NCBI GenBank assembly: GCA_030430795.1
Contig: JAUIJX010000003.1
Coordinates: forward strand, 1-33,345
DNA: 33,345 bases
Direction of reading: 5' to 3'
Source of the DNA: Alphaproteobacteria bacterium
GTDB taxonomy: Bacteria; Pseudomonadota; Alphaproteobacteria; Rickettsiales; UBA998
Numbering within the stretch: the first letter of the stretch is position 1; each line of letters starts with the position of its first letter. The notes below the pieces were generated by a model. That model did not search any database. It was not told the origin of the DNA and saw nothing but the letters and a program-made list of their open reading frames with translations. A program made the translations under genes and the position numbers. Below, piece after piece: positions 8,852 through 17,761 of the stretch.

Positions 8852-9652
8852 ATGACGCCGTTTATCGCATTACCGAACGCGCAAGCGCCCGTCCCGCCCC
8901 AGACCTCCGCGGTCGTGGGTGCGGCTACCAATGTTTCGCCGGTTAATTTACCGATCGATGCGGTGCCCGCCACCGTCACCAACCAGCAGATTAACAATAA
9001 TCTGAAAGGCGGCAGTAGCCCTGCACGCAGCGCCGCACCAACCAGCACGCCGATCAGCACCGGCGGCAGTTTTCTGAATATTCTGATGCCCGCCAACACG
9101 TCGGCACCAGTACAATTCTCCAGTCCGTTTCTGGCGCAATTATTCGCCCAGACGCCGAGCAGTCAGGTCGGCTCACTGGCCTCGTTCTTCGCCAATGATA
9201 ATGTGCCAACCAGTACGCTGGATTCCGAATTGATGCAGCTTTTCTCGGAAGTAAAATATCGCCCGAGCAATGCCGCCAAACCGATGCCACCGACGCAGAA
9301 TGTGCTGTCTTCCGAATTGTCGCAGGACGGCGTGGAGCGGCAACGGCAGCAGATTCAACAACAGGCGCAAAGCACGACGCGTCAGGTAGTGCTGGAGAGT
9401 TCCGACGGCAACCGTCAGGGCGTGAACACGCAGGCTTCCGCATTGTCTGCATCGCAGGCACCTGCCCGCAGCGTGCAGGCGACACCCGCCAGACCAACCC
9501 AACCACAACAGCAAACCAGTGAGAAATCCCCGGTGAAACGGCTGGCATCACTCATTCGTCCGGTGGGGCTGGATGCGTATGTGGCATCGTTCTCCCGCAA
9601 TGTCGCTAACCTGACCCCGACATCTTCCGAATCTGTCAGCGCCAGCTTCTAG
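8852..9652 (+). CDS. Hypothetical S/Q/P/T/A-rich low-complexity protein
   Basis: 266-aa ORF filling the gap between SCO and the PanE-family gene; has its own promoter and TAAGGA upstream; no recognisable domain. Confidence 0.8.
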   Translation: MTPFIALPNAQAPVPPQTSAVVGAATNVSPVNLPIDAVPATVTNQQINNNLKGGSSPARSAAPTSTPISTGGSFLNILMPANTSAPVQFSSPFLAQLFAQTPSSQVGSLASFFANDNVPTSTLDSELMQLFSEVKYRPSNAAKPMPPTQNVLSSELSQDGVERQRQQIQQQAQSTTRQVVLESSDGNRQGVNTQASALSASQAPARSVQATPARPTQPQQQTSEKSPVKRLASLIRPVGLDAYVASFSRNVANLTPTSSESVSASF

Positions 9653-9736
9653 AACGTTTCCCGTAGACAGGGCTTTTCCCTCCGCACAAAACATCCTATA
9701 GTCCGCGCCGATGAAACCAATTCACGGAGCAGCAGC

Positions 9737-10720
9737 ATGAAATATTGCGTGTTCGGCGCCGGAGCGATCGGCAGCCTGATCGGTGGCAAACTGGCGCAGT
9801 CCGGCATGGATGTCTCACTAATCGGTCGCGGCCGTCATCTGGAAGCAATGCAGCAAGGCGGCCTGACCCTCGCCTCTGATCTCGGCGAGGAAGTGACGGT
9901 GCATCCGCGTGCTGCCCGGCATGCCAGCGAGCTCGACAAGCAGGATGTCATTATCCTTTCCACCAAGTCACACAGCATTGCAGCGTCTGCAGAAGACATC
10001 GCCTCGCTGATGCATGACAAGACGGTGATTGTGCATGCGTTGAACGGGTTGCCGTGGTGGTATTTCTATAAGCATGGCGGCAAATGGGATGATAACCGCC
10101 TGAAGACGCTCGACCCGCATGACAGCATCCGCCAGACACTCGGCCCCGATAATATGCTGGGTTGCGCGATTTATCTGGCCGCCCATATCGCGGCGCCGGG
10201 GCGGGTGGAATATGTCGATAACGATTACAGCTCGCTCTATATCGGTGAGCCGGACAATACGCTGTCAGAGCGCTGCGTGAATATCTGCAATGACTTACAG
10301 AATGCCGGGATTGCGACCCATGCCAGCGAGGATATCCGCACCGAGATCTGGCATAAATTATGGGGCAATATCGCGATGAACCCGGTGACGGCACTGACGC
10401 ATGCGACGATGGACGCCGTGGTGGAGAATTACGACGATACCGATTTGATCGAAGCGATCATGAACGAAGCGCGGTTCGTGGCGGAGAAAACCGGTATCCT
10501 TTTCCGCGAAGGGCCGAGCGGGCGCATTGCCAAAGCTGCCAAGATGAAAGGCCACAAGACCTCGATGCTACAGGATATCGAGCAGGGGCGGCCAACCGAG
10601 ATTGACGCCATTGTCGGTGCGGTGCGCGAGATCGGGGCGATGGTGCATGTCGAGACGCCGCATCTCAACGGGCTGTATACGCTGGTGCGGCTGAAAGAGC
10701 GCTTTTATAAACCGGCCTGA
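9737..10720 (+). CDS. Ketopantoate reductase (PanE/ApbA) family oxidoreductase
   Basis: GAGAIG Rossmann motif, NGLPWWYF, WHKLWGN, HKTSMLQD, EIDAIVG; SD GGAG. Confidence 0.9.
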   Translation: MKYCVFGAGAIGSLIGGKLAQSGMDVSLIGRGRHLEAMQQGGLTLASDLGEEVTVHPRAARHASELDKQDVIILSTKSHSIAASAEDIASLMHDKTVIVHALNGLPWWYFYKHGGKWDDNRLKTLDPHDSIRQTLGPDNMLGCAIYLAAHIAAPGRVEYVDNDYSSLYIGEPDNTLSERCVNICNDLQNAGIATHASEDIRTEIWHKLWGNIAMNPVTALTHATMDAVVENYDDTDLIEAIMNEARFVAEKTGILFREGPSGRIAKAAKMKGHKTSMLQDIEQGRPTEIDAIVGAVREIGAMVHVETPHLNGLYTLVRLKERFYKPA

Positions 10721-11241
10721 GGGAAATCGATCTGCCCGGCGAGCCATTCGGCCACGGGTTGTGCTTCCAGTTTTTCTTTAGCGGCGTGTAAATAAGCCGT
10801 CATCTGCTGCAGATTCTTTTGCGTGGCTTCAGCGGTGCCATAGAGGTTGCGCTGCAATGCTTCTTTGAGGGCGGCGTCATCCTGCAATGCTTCTTCATAC
10901 GCCTGCAGGCGGCCATAAAATGCCCCGGCCATTTTCTTGACGCGATGCCCAACGCCGGTATCGGAGACACCCAACTCCCGCACCGAGCGATCCATGTCCT
11001 GAAAGAAAGCCTCGGACAGCAGGGTGTAATAGGTCTCAACGCCCGGCTCGCGCTCCAGACGGCGCAGCAGCAGAAACATATGCAGCAGGATCAGTTCAAA
11101 GCGGCCATCGAGCGTATCCGGGACGCCGGCTTCGGCATAAAACCAAGGCTCTCGCGCCTGCTCCACCAGTGTCACATACATATGTTGTGCGGTCAGTTGA
11201 TCCTGCGAGGGTTGAAAAAATCGCGCCAGTTGTGCCAGCAT
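10705..11241 (-). CDS. Ubiquinol-cytochrome c reductase chaperone (Cbp3/UQCC1 family)
   Basis: GVPDTLDGRFELILLH, DMDRSVRELGVSDTGVG, AFYGRLQAY. Start moved to ATG 11241 (SD GGAG); the longer ORF would overlap bamE. Confidence 0.92.
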   Translation of the reverse strand: MLAQLARFFQPSQDQLTAQHMYVTLVEQAREPWFYAEAGVPDTLDGRFELILLHMFLLLRRLEREPGVETYYTLLSEAFFQDMDRSVRELGVSDTGVGHRVKKMAGAFYGRLQAYEEALQDDAALKEALQRNLYGTAEATQKNLQQMTAYLHAAKEKLEAQPVAEWLAGQIDFPQAGL

Positions 11242-11254
11242 TGCCTTCTCCTGT

Positions 11255-11282
11255 TTGCTTTGCGGGTTTTTCCTTATATAGT
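11255..11282 (+). promoter_or_regulatory. Putative leaderless promoter for bamE
   Basis: TTGCTT-N16-TATAGT, 6 nt before ATG 11289; no SD. Confidence 0.55.
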
Positions 11283-11288
11283 ACAGCC

Positions 11289-11756
11289 ATGCTGAAACGT
11301 CACTTTCTGATTCTCTTTCTTTGCACGCTATGTGTCGCCTGTTCGCCGCGCATTGCGAATCGCGGGCATGTGGACATGCAGCAGAATATGGCGAAGATCG
11401 TGCCCGGCAAGGCCTATAAGCAGGATGTGCTGAAGCTGCTCGGCTCACCGTCGGCGCAGTCGTCCTTCGGGGATGAGACGTGGTATTATATCACCGCGCG
11501 CAAAGAGACCACCGCCTTCTTCAAGCCGGAACTGACCAAGCAGGAAACCACGCGCATCATGTTCGACAGCAACGGGCGGGTGACCGAGGTCAAGCAGTAC
11601 GGTCTGAATGACGGGGAGAATATCGCGCTGGTGGATAAGGTGACCCCGACCGAAGGGCAGGAGCTAGGTTTGTGGGAGCAGTTGCTCGGCAATTTCGGGC
11701 GTTTCAACAAGCCGACACGCGGCCCGTCCACCACCTCCGGTATCAACGAACGCTAA
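11289..11756 (+). CDS. bamE: Outer membrane protein assembly lipoprotein BamE (SmpA/OmlA)
   Basis: Lipobox CVAC, VLKLLGSPS, WYYI, QLLGNFGRF. Start moved to ATG 11289. Divergent from the Cbp3-like gene as usual in Alphaproteobacteria. Confidence 0.92.
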   Translation: MLKRHFLILFLCTLCVACSPRIANRGHVDMQQNMAKIVPGKAYKQDVLKLLGSPSAQSSFGDETWYYITARKETTAFFKPELTKQETTRIMFDSNGRVTEVKQYGLNDGENIALVDKVTPTEGQELGLWEQLLGNFGRFNKPTRGPSTTSGINER

Positions 11757-12712
11757 ATAAAACGATGGCTGTAGCCTTCTTCAGTGACATTGAGTATGTC
11801 GCCTTTGGCATTGCGTAACTGCCAGGCGTTACCTTTGGTCATCTGGCCGATGCAGGCGACAGACGTGGCGGTCTGGGTGGCGATGGAGAGCAAATGATGC
11901 TCCAGAAATTCCGGCATGGTGAACAGTAATTCGTAATCATCACCACCGCTGAGCAAGGCCATGCGACGTTCTTCGTCACCGTCATGCCACGCGACACCGT
12001 CGGCGGAATGCGGCACCTGTTCCAGCACCAGATCAGCACCAAGGCCGGAGGCGCGGCAGAGATGGCCGAGATCCTGCAACAAGCCGTCGGAGATATCCAT
12101 CGCGGCGGTGGCCAGCCCACGGATGGCGATGCCGAGATCGCAACGCGGGGTGGGCATGCGGTAGCGCGCCAGCATGGCCGGTGCGTCCAGTTTTCCTTTG
12201 GCGGCCAGCAACCCCAAAAAGCCGTCGCCGATGGTGCCGGTGACATAGATGCGGTCACCAGCGCGGGCGCCGCTGCGGCGAGTCATGCCACCTGCCGGCA
12301 CCAGCCCCATCACGGTGATGGACAGGCTGATGTCGCGCTTGGTGTTGGTGCTGTCACCACCCGCCAGCGTCAGGCCGAATTGTTTTTGATCCTGTTTCAG
12401 CCCGTCGGCAAACCCGGCGATCCAGTTCTCGCCAGTGCCGGAGGGCAGGCCGATATTGAGGAAGTAATGTCTGGGGCGCGCACCTTTGGCCGCCAGATCG
12501 GAGAGGTTGACGCGCAGCAATTTCTGCGCCAGTGCCGCCGGGGATTCATCGCCGATGAAGTGGATGCCTTCCTGCATGCTGTCGGTGGTCATCACCCATT
12601 CCATGCCGGACGGACAGCCAACGGCAATGGCGTCATCGATCAGCGCGTCTTCGGACAGCGGCGCGAAGTAGCGGGCAATGATGGAAAATTCACTGGCTTT
12701 GTGGGCGCACAT
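11753..12712 (-). CDS. thiL: Thiamine-monophosphate kinase
   Basis: EFSIIARYF, EGIHF, VNLSDLAAKGA, GGDS, DISDGL, GGDDYEL. Confidence 0.96.
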   Translation of the reverse strand: MCAHKASEFSIIARYFAPLSEDALIDDAIAVGCPSGMEWVMTTDSMQEGIHFIGDESPAALAQKLLRVNLSDLAAKGARPRHYFLNIGLPSGTGENWIAGFADGLKQDQKQFGLTLAGGDSTNTKRDISLSITVMGLVPAGGMTRRSGARAGDRIYVTGTIGDGFLGLLAAKGKLDAPAMLARYRMPTPRCDLGIAIRGLATAAMDISDGLLQDLGHLCRASGLGADLVLEQVPHSADGVAWHDGDEERRMALLSGGDDYELLFTMPEFLEHHLLSIATQTATSVACIGQMTKGNAWQLRNAKGDILNVTEEGYSHRFI

Positions 12713-13181
12713 GGTTCACAAGCTCCTGCAGCAGACCGTTGATCAGCCGGACTTCCTGTTCCCCATAAAAATCCGCCGTCAGGGTCACGTATTCATCCAT
12801 GATGATAGCATGATCCAGTTGCGGATGAAATATCAGCTCGTATGCCGCCGCGCGCAGGATGGATTTGAGCAGGGTGGTCAGTCGCTCGCCCTGCCAGCGT
12901 GCGCCGAGCGCGCCGAGCAGCATTTCCTCTACCCGTTCCCGCTCACCGATATAGCCGTTCACGATGCCGGAGAGCAGCTTGTCATCATATTCCAGCGGCA
13001 CGGACGGCATGTCGCTGTCATCGTCTTCCTGCAGTTCGGTCACCAGCTCGATCAGGCGTTCCGGGGTTGGTTTTGGATCGAGGTAATGCTGTTGATACAG
13101 GCATTGCACCGCCGCCAGACGGGCAGCCGATTTGCGACGCAGGGACGGGTTGTTATCGGCGGTTGCCGTCGGTTCAGCCAT
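12690..13181 (-). CDS. nusB: Transcription antitermination factor NusB
   Basis: RRKSAARLAAVQCLYQ, ILRAAAYEL, EYV, INGLL; follows ribH. Start taken at ATG 13181. Confidence 0.93.
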   Translation of the reverse strand: MAEPTATADNNPSLRRKSAARLAAVQCLYQQHYLDPKPTPERLIELVTELQEDDDSDMPSVPLEYDDKLLSGIVNGYIGERERVEEMLLGALGARWQGERLTTLLKSILRAAAYELIFHPQLDHAIIMDEYVTLTADFYGEQEVRLINGLLQELVNHVRPQSQ

Positions 13182-13605
13182 TGACACCAAACCTTTCCGA
13201 CAGCGCCAGCATGCTCAGGCAGGCACGGGCAGCCACGCCGCCTTTGTCTTTCTGATCCGGCTGGGCACGGGTCATCGCCTGTGTTTTGGTCTCCACCGTC
13301 AGGATGCCATTGCCGATCGGCACCAGCATGTTCATGGCGATGTCATTGAGTCCGCGCGCGCTTTCCTGACAGACATAATCGTAATGGGTGGTCTCACCGC
13401 GAATGACGCAGCCAAGCGCCACATAGCCATCGTATTTGTTCGACTCAATGGCCATGGCAATGGCTGCCGGAATCTCCAGCGCGCCCGGCACATCGACGAT
13501 CTCAACCGTGTGGCCGCTGCCGTCAAGCTCCGCCACCGCGCCTTCGATCAGCGCTTCCGCAACGTCTTCGTAAAACCGTGCCACGACTATCAGTATGTTG
13601 GCCAT
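13174..13605 (-). CDS. ribH: 6,7-dimethyl-8-ribityllumazine synthase
   Basis: VARFY, VPGALEIP, LGCVIRGETTHYDYV, NGILT. Confidence 0.97.
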   Translation of the reverse strand: MANILIVVARFYEDVAEALIEGAVAELDGSGHTVEIVDVPGALEIPAAIAMAIESNKYDGYVALGCVIRGETTHYDYVCQESARGLNDIAMNMLVPIGNGILTVETKTQAMTRAQPDQKDKGGVAARACLSMLALSERFGVNG

Positions 13606-14708
13606 CAGATGCTCTCATATCCCGTTATGTTCAGGCCGTAGCCTTCCAACCCCACCACCTGGCGCTGGCTGTTGGAGAGCAATACCATGTCACGGATGCC
13701 GAGATCGAGCAAAATCTGCGCCCCGATGCCGTAATCGCGCAGGTTGCCCCCCTGCTCGACCGGCTCACCCATGCGCGCCTTGATCTGTTGCGACAGGTTG
13801 TTCTGACGCGGTGAGCGCAGCAGCACCACTACGCCGGAGCCATGTTCGTCGATCTTCTGCATGGAGCGGTGCAACTCTCCGGTCTTGCTGTTTTCTTCAT
13901 CCATCAGCGTGTCGGACAAGACATTGAGCGCGTGCATGCGCACCCAGACCGGCTCGTTCTTTGGCAGCTCGCCTTTGATCAGCACCACATGTTCGGCGTA
14001 GGTATGCTGACTGGTATAGAGGCACAAGGTGAACTCCCCGCCATACTGGCTGGTAAACGGCACCTCCAGAGTGCGCTCCACCAGCTTTTCCGAGCGGCGG
14101 CGATAGGCGATCAGGTCGGCGATGGTGGCGATCTTCAGCCCATGTTCTTTGGCAAAGGCAATCAGATCAGGCAGGCGCGCCATTTCGCCATCGTCTTTCA
14201 TGATCTCGCAGATGACGCCGGAGGGATGCATGCCCGCCAGCCGCGCGATATCCACCGCCGCTTCGGTATGTCCGGCACGTACCAACACGCCACCGTCGCG
14301 TGCCTGCAGCGGGAAGATATGCCCCGGCGAGACGATGTCCACCGGCGTGCTTTCCGGGTGAATGGCCGCAGCGATGGTGCGGGCACGATCACTGGCGGAA
14401 ATGCCGGTGGTCACCCCTTCGCGCGCTTCGATGGATACGGTAAACGCGGTGTGATGCCGCGAGGTGTTGTGCTTGGCCATCGGCGGCAGACCGAGCCGCG
14501 TTACCTGCTCGGTATCGAGCGCCAGACAGATCAGCCCGCGTCCGTGTTTGGCCATGAAGTTGACGGCATCGGCATCGGCCTTTTCCGCCGGAATAATCAG
14601 GTCGCCTTCATTCTCGCGGTCTTCGTCATCGATCAGAATGAACATGCGCCCGGCGCGGGCATCGTCAATGATGTCTTCGATGGGAGAGAGTTCGCCGTCA
14701 CGTACCAT
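13605..14708 (-). CDS. ribB: DHBP synthase fused to a degenerate GTP cyclohydrolase II-like domain (RibBX type)
   Basis: [24 protein letters not shown] and RAGHTEA are intact. The C-domain keeps VRMH and [10 protein letters not shown] but lacks the zinc cysteines. Confidence 0.93.
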   Translation of the reverse strand: MVRDGELSPIEDIIDDARAGRMFILIDDEDRENEGDLIIPAEKADADAVNFMAKHGRGLICLALDTEQVTRLGLPPMAKHNTSRHHTAFTVSIEAREGVTTGISASDRARTIAAAIHPESTPVDIVSPGHIFPLQARDGGVLVRAGHTEAAVDIARLAGMHPSGVICEIMKDDGEMARLPDLIAFAKEHGLKIATIADLIAYRRRSEKLVERTLEVPFTSQYGGEFTLCLYTSQHTYAEHVVLIKGELPKNEPVWVRMHALNVLSDTLMDEENSKTGELHRSMQKIDEHGSGVVVLLRSPRQNNLSQQIKARMGEPVEQGGNLRDYGIGAQILLDLGIRDMVLLSNSQRQVVGLEGYGLNITGYESI

Positions 14709-14709
14709 G

Positions 14710-15297
14710 CTACGCCGCCTCCATCATCCGTTTGACATAACGCGCCATGACGTCCACTTCCAGATTCACCGCATCGCCCGGCTGACGATCACCCCAGATG
14801 GTGACCTGCAGCGTGTGCGGAATCAGGGTCAGGCCGAAACTATTGCCCGTCACCTGCGTCACTGTCAGCGACACACCGTCCAGCGTCACCGAGCCTTTCG
14901 AAGCGATAAACGGCGCCAGTTCCGCCGGGCAGCTTAGCTGGAAATTGACCGATTGATCGTTTGCGTCACGGCTTTCAACGGTGGCCAACCCATCGACATG
15001 GCCGGTGACTAAATGGCCGCCCATCTCATCGCCCGCCCGCAACGCGCGTTCCAGATTAACGCGGGTGCCGGGCTGCCATGTGCCGAGCGTGGTGTGCTGC
15101 AAGGTATGTTCGGACGCATCGACGGCGAACCAGTCATCGCCTTTTTCCACCACCGTCAGGCAGGTGCCGTTGCAGGCGATGGATGCGCCGATGTCAATAC
15201 CGGCCGTGTCATAGGATGTCGTGATCACCAACCGTTTCTCGCTGTCGCCGGACACCTGTGTGACGGTGCCTATGTCGGTGATGATGCCGGTGAACAT
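14710..15297 (-). CDS. ribE: Riboflavin synthase (alpha chain)
   Basis: [43 protein letters not shown]. Confidence 0.97.
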   Translation of the reverse strand: MFTGIITDIGTVTQVSGDSEKRLVITTSYDTAGIDIGASIACNGTCLTVVEKGDDWFAVDASEHTLQHTTLGTWQPGTRVNLERALRAGDEMGGHLVTGHVDGLATVESRDANDQSVNFQLSCPAELAPFIASKGSVTLDGVSLTVTQVTGNSFGLTLIPHTLQVTIWGDRQPGDAVNLEVDVMARYVKRMMEAA

Positions 15298-16019
15298 CAG
15301 GAGGCTTTACGTTGTTGCGAAGCGGTGTCGCCAAAGATGAACGAGACGGCGGAGGCCGCGTGAATGGCGGTGGTGTCGTAGAGCGGCAGGTCGGTCATGT
15401 CCTGACGGATCAGCAGCGGGATTTCGGTGCAGCCAAGTACCATGCCCTCGGCACCCGCCGTGCGCAGGCGATCCATCACGCCCAGATAATAGTCGCGTGC
15501 GCTGTCGGTGAAGCGCCCCTGACAGAGTTCCTCATAGACCACGCGGCTGACTTCGGCGATCTCCGGTTCGGTCGGGATCAGCACGTCGATGCCGTGCTTT
15601 TCCTGCAAACGTTCGCGATAGAAGCCCTCGCGCATGGTGAATTCCGCACCGAGCAGGCCGACGGTCTGCTGGTTATTCTGTTTGATTTGTGCCGCGACAG
15701 CATCGGCGATATGCAGCAGCGGGACATCGAGCGCCGCTTCCACTGCCGGTGCCGGTTTGTGCATCAGGTTGGTGCAGATCATTACTGCTTCCGCGCCGCC
15801 GCGTTGCAGGTTGGTCGCCGCTTCGGCCAGCATGTCACCCAGCGCATCCCACTGCCCGGCATGCTGCTTCTCGGCAATGGCCGCGAAGTCGAACGAATGC
15901 ATCAGCAACGGAGCAGAATGCAGCCCGCCCAGACGGTCACGCACCCCTTCGTTGATAAGGCGATAATATTCCTTGCTGGATTCCCAGCTCATGCCACCAA
16001 GCAGACCAATCGTTTTCAT
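15297..16019 (-). CDS. PLP-independent Asp/Glu racemase family protein (YgeA/RacX-like)
   Basis: MKTIGLLGGMSWESS, GGLHSA, ICTNLMH, LGCTEIPLL, DTTAIHA. Confidence 0.93.
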   Translation of the reverse strand: MKTIGLLGGMSWESSKEYYRLINEGVRDRLGGLHSAPLLMHSFDFAAIAEKQHAGQWDALGDMLAEAATNLQRGGAEAVMICTNLMHKPAPAVEAALDVPLLHIADAVAAQIKQNNQQTVGLLGAEFTMREGFYRERLQEKHGIDVLIPTEPEIAEVSRVVYEELCQGRFTDSARDYYLGVMDRLRTAGAEGMVLGCTEIPLLIRQDMTDLPLYDTTAIHAASAVSFIFGDTASQQRKAS

Positions 16020-17092
16020 AGTATCTCCCGTTTCCCGGTTTTGGGGGCAGCATAGACATCCAGCACGTCCTTGCCAAGCGTTTGTGTGGTTTGCAGGCGA
16101 TAGCCCCGCACCTGCTCATAGGCCGCATCCGAGAAGGCGGGGGTGCCCTCCTCGCCGATGGTCATGCCGGCGCGGAACCAGTAGAGGTGATGCAGCCAGC
16201 CGGACAGGATGACGTGGGAGGTCACCGCCTGCCCCGCCTCCACCATCAGGCGGTTGATGCCGCGCGTCGCCAGATCGCTGGCGACGGCTTCGATGGTGAC
16301 TTCCGGCAGCGTTATCACCTCCACCCCGCGTTCCTGTAATGCCTCTGGCACGTCCTGCTGTTCGGTGTAGATGCGGATGCCGGGGCGCACCAGCTTCGCT
16401 TCCGGCGGCATGCGCAATTGCCGGTCGAGCACCACCGGCTGCGGTGAGGCATCTTCCAGCCCCGGCAGGCGGCAGGTCAGCTCCGGATCATCCGCCAGCA
16501 CGGTGCCAATGCCGGTCAGGATGGCGTCATGCTCCGCGCGCAACTGGTGACCGTACTGGCGCGCGTCTTCGCCGGTGATCCATTTGCTGGAGCCGTCGGC
16601 ATAGGTGATTTTGCCGTCAGCAGAGGTGGCGATTTTCACGTTGATTTCCGGCACCCCTTCAGTCTGGCGGAGGAAGAATCCGTAGTAGAGTTCTGCTGCT
16701 TCCGCTTCACACACGCCGGTTTCCACCTCGATGCCCGCCTGGCGCAGCAGGGCGATGCCCTTGCCGTTGACCCGAGCATCCGGATCAGTGCAGGCGATGA
16801 CCACACGCGCCACGCCTGCCGCGATCAATGCTTCGGCGCAGGGCGGGGTGTGGCCGTGATGGGCGCAAGGCTCCAGCGTGACATAGGCGGTGGCACCGCT
16901 GGCCGCCTCACCCGCCTGACGCAACGCCTCGGTCTCGGCATGCGGGCGGCCGCCGGGTGCCGTAGAGGCAGCGGCCAAGACTTGCCCGTCTTTGACCAGC
17001 ACGCAACCCACCGCCGGGTTCTCTGCGGTTTGCCCCCAGACATGCCGCGCCGTGCGGATAGCCTGCTGCATCCATGTGTCATGATGTGTCAT
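16016..17092 (-). CDS. ribD: Bifunctional riboflavin deaminase/reductase
   Basis: NPAVGCV, PHAE, TLEPCAHHGHTPPC, SKWIT, GTVLADDP. Confidence 0.96.
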   Translation of the reverse strand: MTHHDTWMQQAIRTARHVWGQTAENPAVGCVLVKDGQVLAAASTAPGGRPHAETEALRQAGEAASGATAYVTLEPCAHHGHTPPCAEALIAAGVARVVIACTDPDARVNGKGIALLRQAGIEVETGVCEAEAAELYYGFFLRQTEGVPEINVKIATSADGKITYADGSSKWITGEDARQYGHQLRAEHDAILTGIGTVLADDPELTCRLPGLEDASPQPVVLDRQLRMPPEAKLVRPGIRIYTEQQDVPEALQERGVEVITLPEVTIEAVASDLATRGINRLMVEAGQAVTSHVILSGWLHHLYWFRAGMTIGEEGTPAFSDAAYEQVRGYRLQTTQTLGKDVLDVYAAPKTGKREIL

Positions 17093-17098
17093 GGCGCC

Positions 17099-17126
17099 AC
17101 TCTACGCCATGCTCAGATACAAGAAA
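17099..17126 (-). promoter_or_regulatory. Putative leaderless internal promoter for ribD
   Basis: Minus strand TTTCTT-N16-TAGAGT-N6-ATG(17092); no SD. Confidence 0.4.
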
Positions 17127-17129
17127 AGC

Positions 17130-17582
17130 TTAGCTTTCGTCCATTTGTTCGACGAAGTCTTCGAAGTCGCGGGCTTCGCGGAAGTTGGTGTAGACCGAGG
17201 CGTAGCGCACATAGGCCACTTTATCGAGCTTCTTGAGCGCGTCCATCACCAGTTCACCAATACGAGATGCCGGGATTTCGGCATCGCCCTGCGTTTCCAG
17301 CGTCTTGACGATCTTGTTGATGGCGTGTTCCACTTCTTCCAGATTCACCGGGCGTTTGCGCAAGGCAATATCCATGGAGCGCACGATCTTGTCGCGGTCG
17401 AATATCCGGCGGTCGCCGTTCTTCTTAATCACCATCAGCTCGCGCAGCTGCACGCGCTCAAAGGTGGTGAAGCGGGAGTCACATTCCGGGCAGTAGCGGC
17501 GGCGGCGAATGGTCGCGCCATCCTCACTGGGACGGGAGTCCTTTACCTGCGTATCCTGATGTCCACAAAACGGGCACTTCAT
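17130..17582 (-). CDS. nrdR: Transcriptional repressor NrdR
   Basis: MKCPFCG...VKDSR...[19 protein letters not shown] zinc ribbon, ATP cone, [10 protein letters not shown]. Start moved to ATG 17582. Confidence 0.97.
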   Translation of the reverse strand: MKCPFCGHQDTQVKDSRPSEDGATIRRRRYCPECDSRFTTFERVQLRELMVIKKNGDRRIFDRDKIVRSMDIALRKRPVNLEEVEHAINKIVKTLETQGDAEIPASRIGELVMDALKKLDKVAYVRYASVYTNFREARDFEDFVEQMDES

Positions 17583-17640
17583 ATCCCACACCTTTCCATA
17601 CAATCGCAAAACCAGCCGCACACAGGCGGCCTTGCTGTGG

Positions 17641-17669
17641 ATTATATAAATAAGCCTCTGGTATGGCTA
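17641..17669 (-). promoter_or_regulatory. Putative sigma70 promoter for the nrdR-rib operon
   Basis: Minus strand TAGCCA(17669-17664)-N17-TATAAT(17646-17641). Confidence 0.6.
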
Positions 17670-17693
17670 AGAAAACACCCCGGCAGACGGGGC
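17669..17693 (-). terminator. Probable intrinsic terminator after glyA
   Basis: Minus strand GCCCCG-TCTGC-CGGGGT followed by GTTTTCTT. Confidence 0.55.
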
Positions 17694-17719
17694 TAGATAC
17701 CATAATTTGTGGGTATTGT

Positions 17720-17753
17720 GCCTCAAACGTGGCCTATATACCACGTTTGAGGC
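17720..17753. repeat. Perfect 13-bp inverted repeat just after the glyA stop
   Basis: GCCTCAAACGTGG-cctatata-CCACGTTTGAGGC; no adjacent U-tract on the glyA strand. Confidence 0.85.
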
Positions 17754-17761
17754 TGTGTCCT

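Noticed and set aside
8852-9652. PopZ or FliK assignment for the orphan
   Set aside because: No PopZ MEEILASIRRII-type motif or acidic composition, and no recognisable FliK C-terminal domain.
9660-9677. Possible terminator after the orphan gene (CCC...GGG-CTTTT)
   Set aside because: Stem too short and imperfect to support a call.
11169-11448. Apparent head-to-head overlap of the Cbp3-like and bamE ORFs
   Set aside because: Artefact of longest-ORF starts. The likely starts at 11241 and 11289 leave a 47-nt divergent gap.
17093-17761. FMN riboswitch upstream of the rib genes
   Set aside because: No RFN-like conserved blocks seen. The gap before ribD is 37 nt and the predicted nrdR leader is only about 50 nt.
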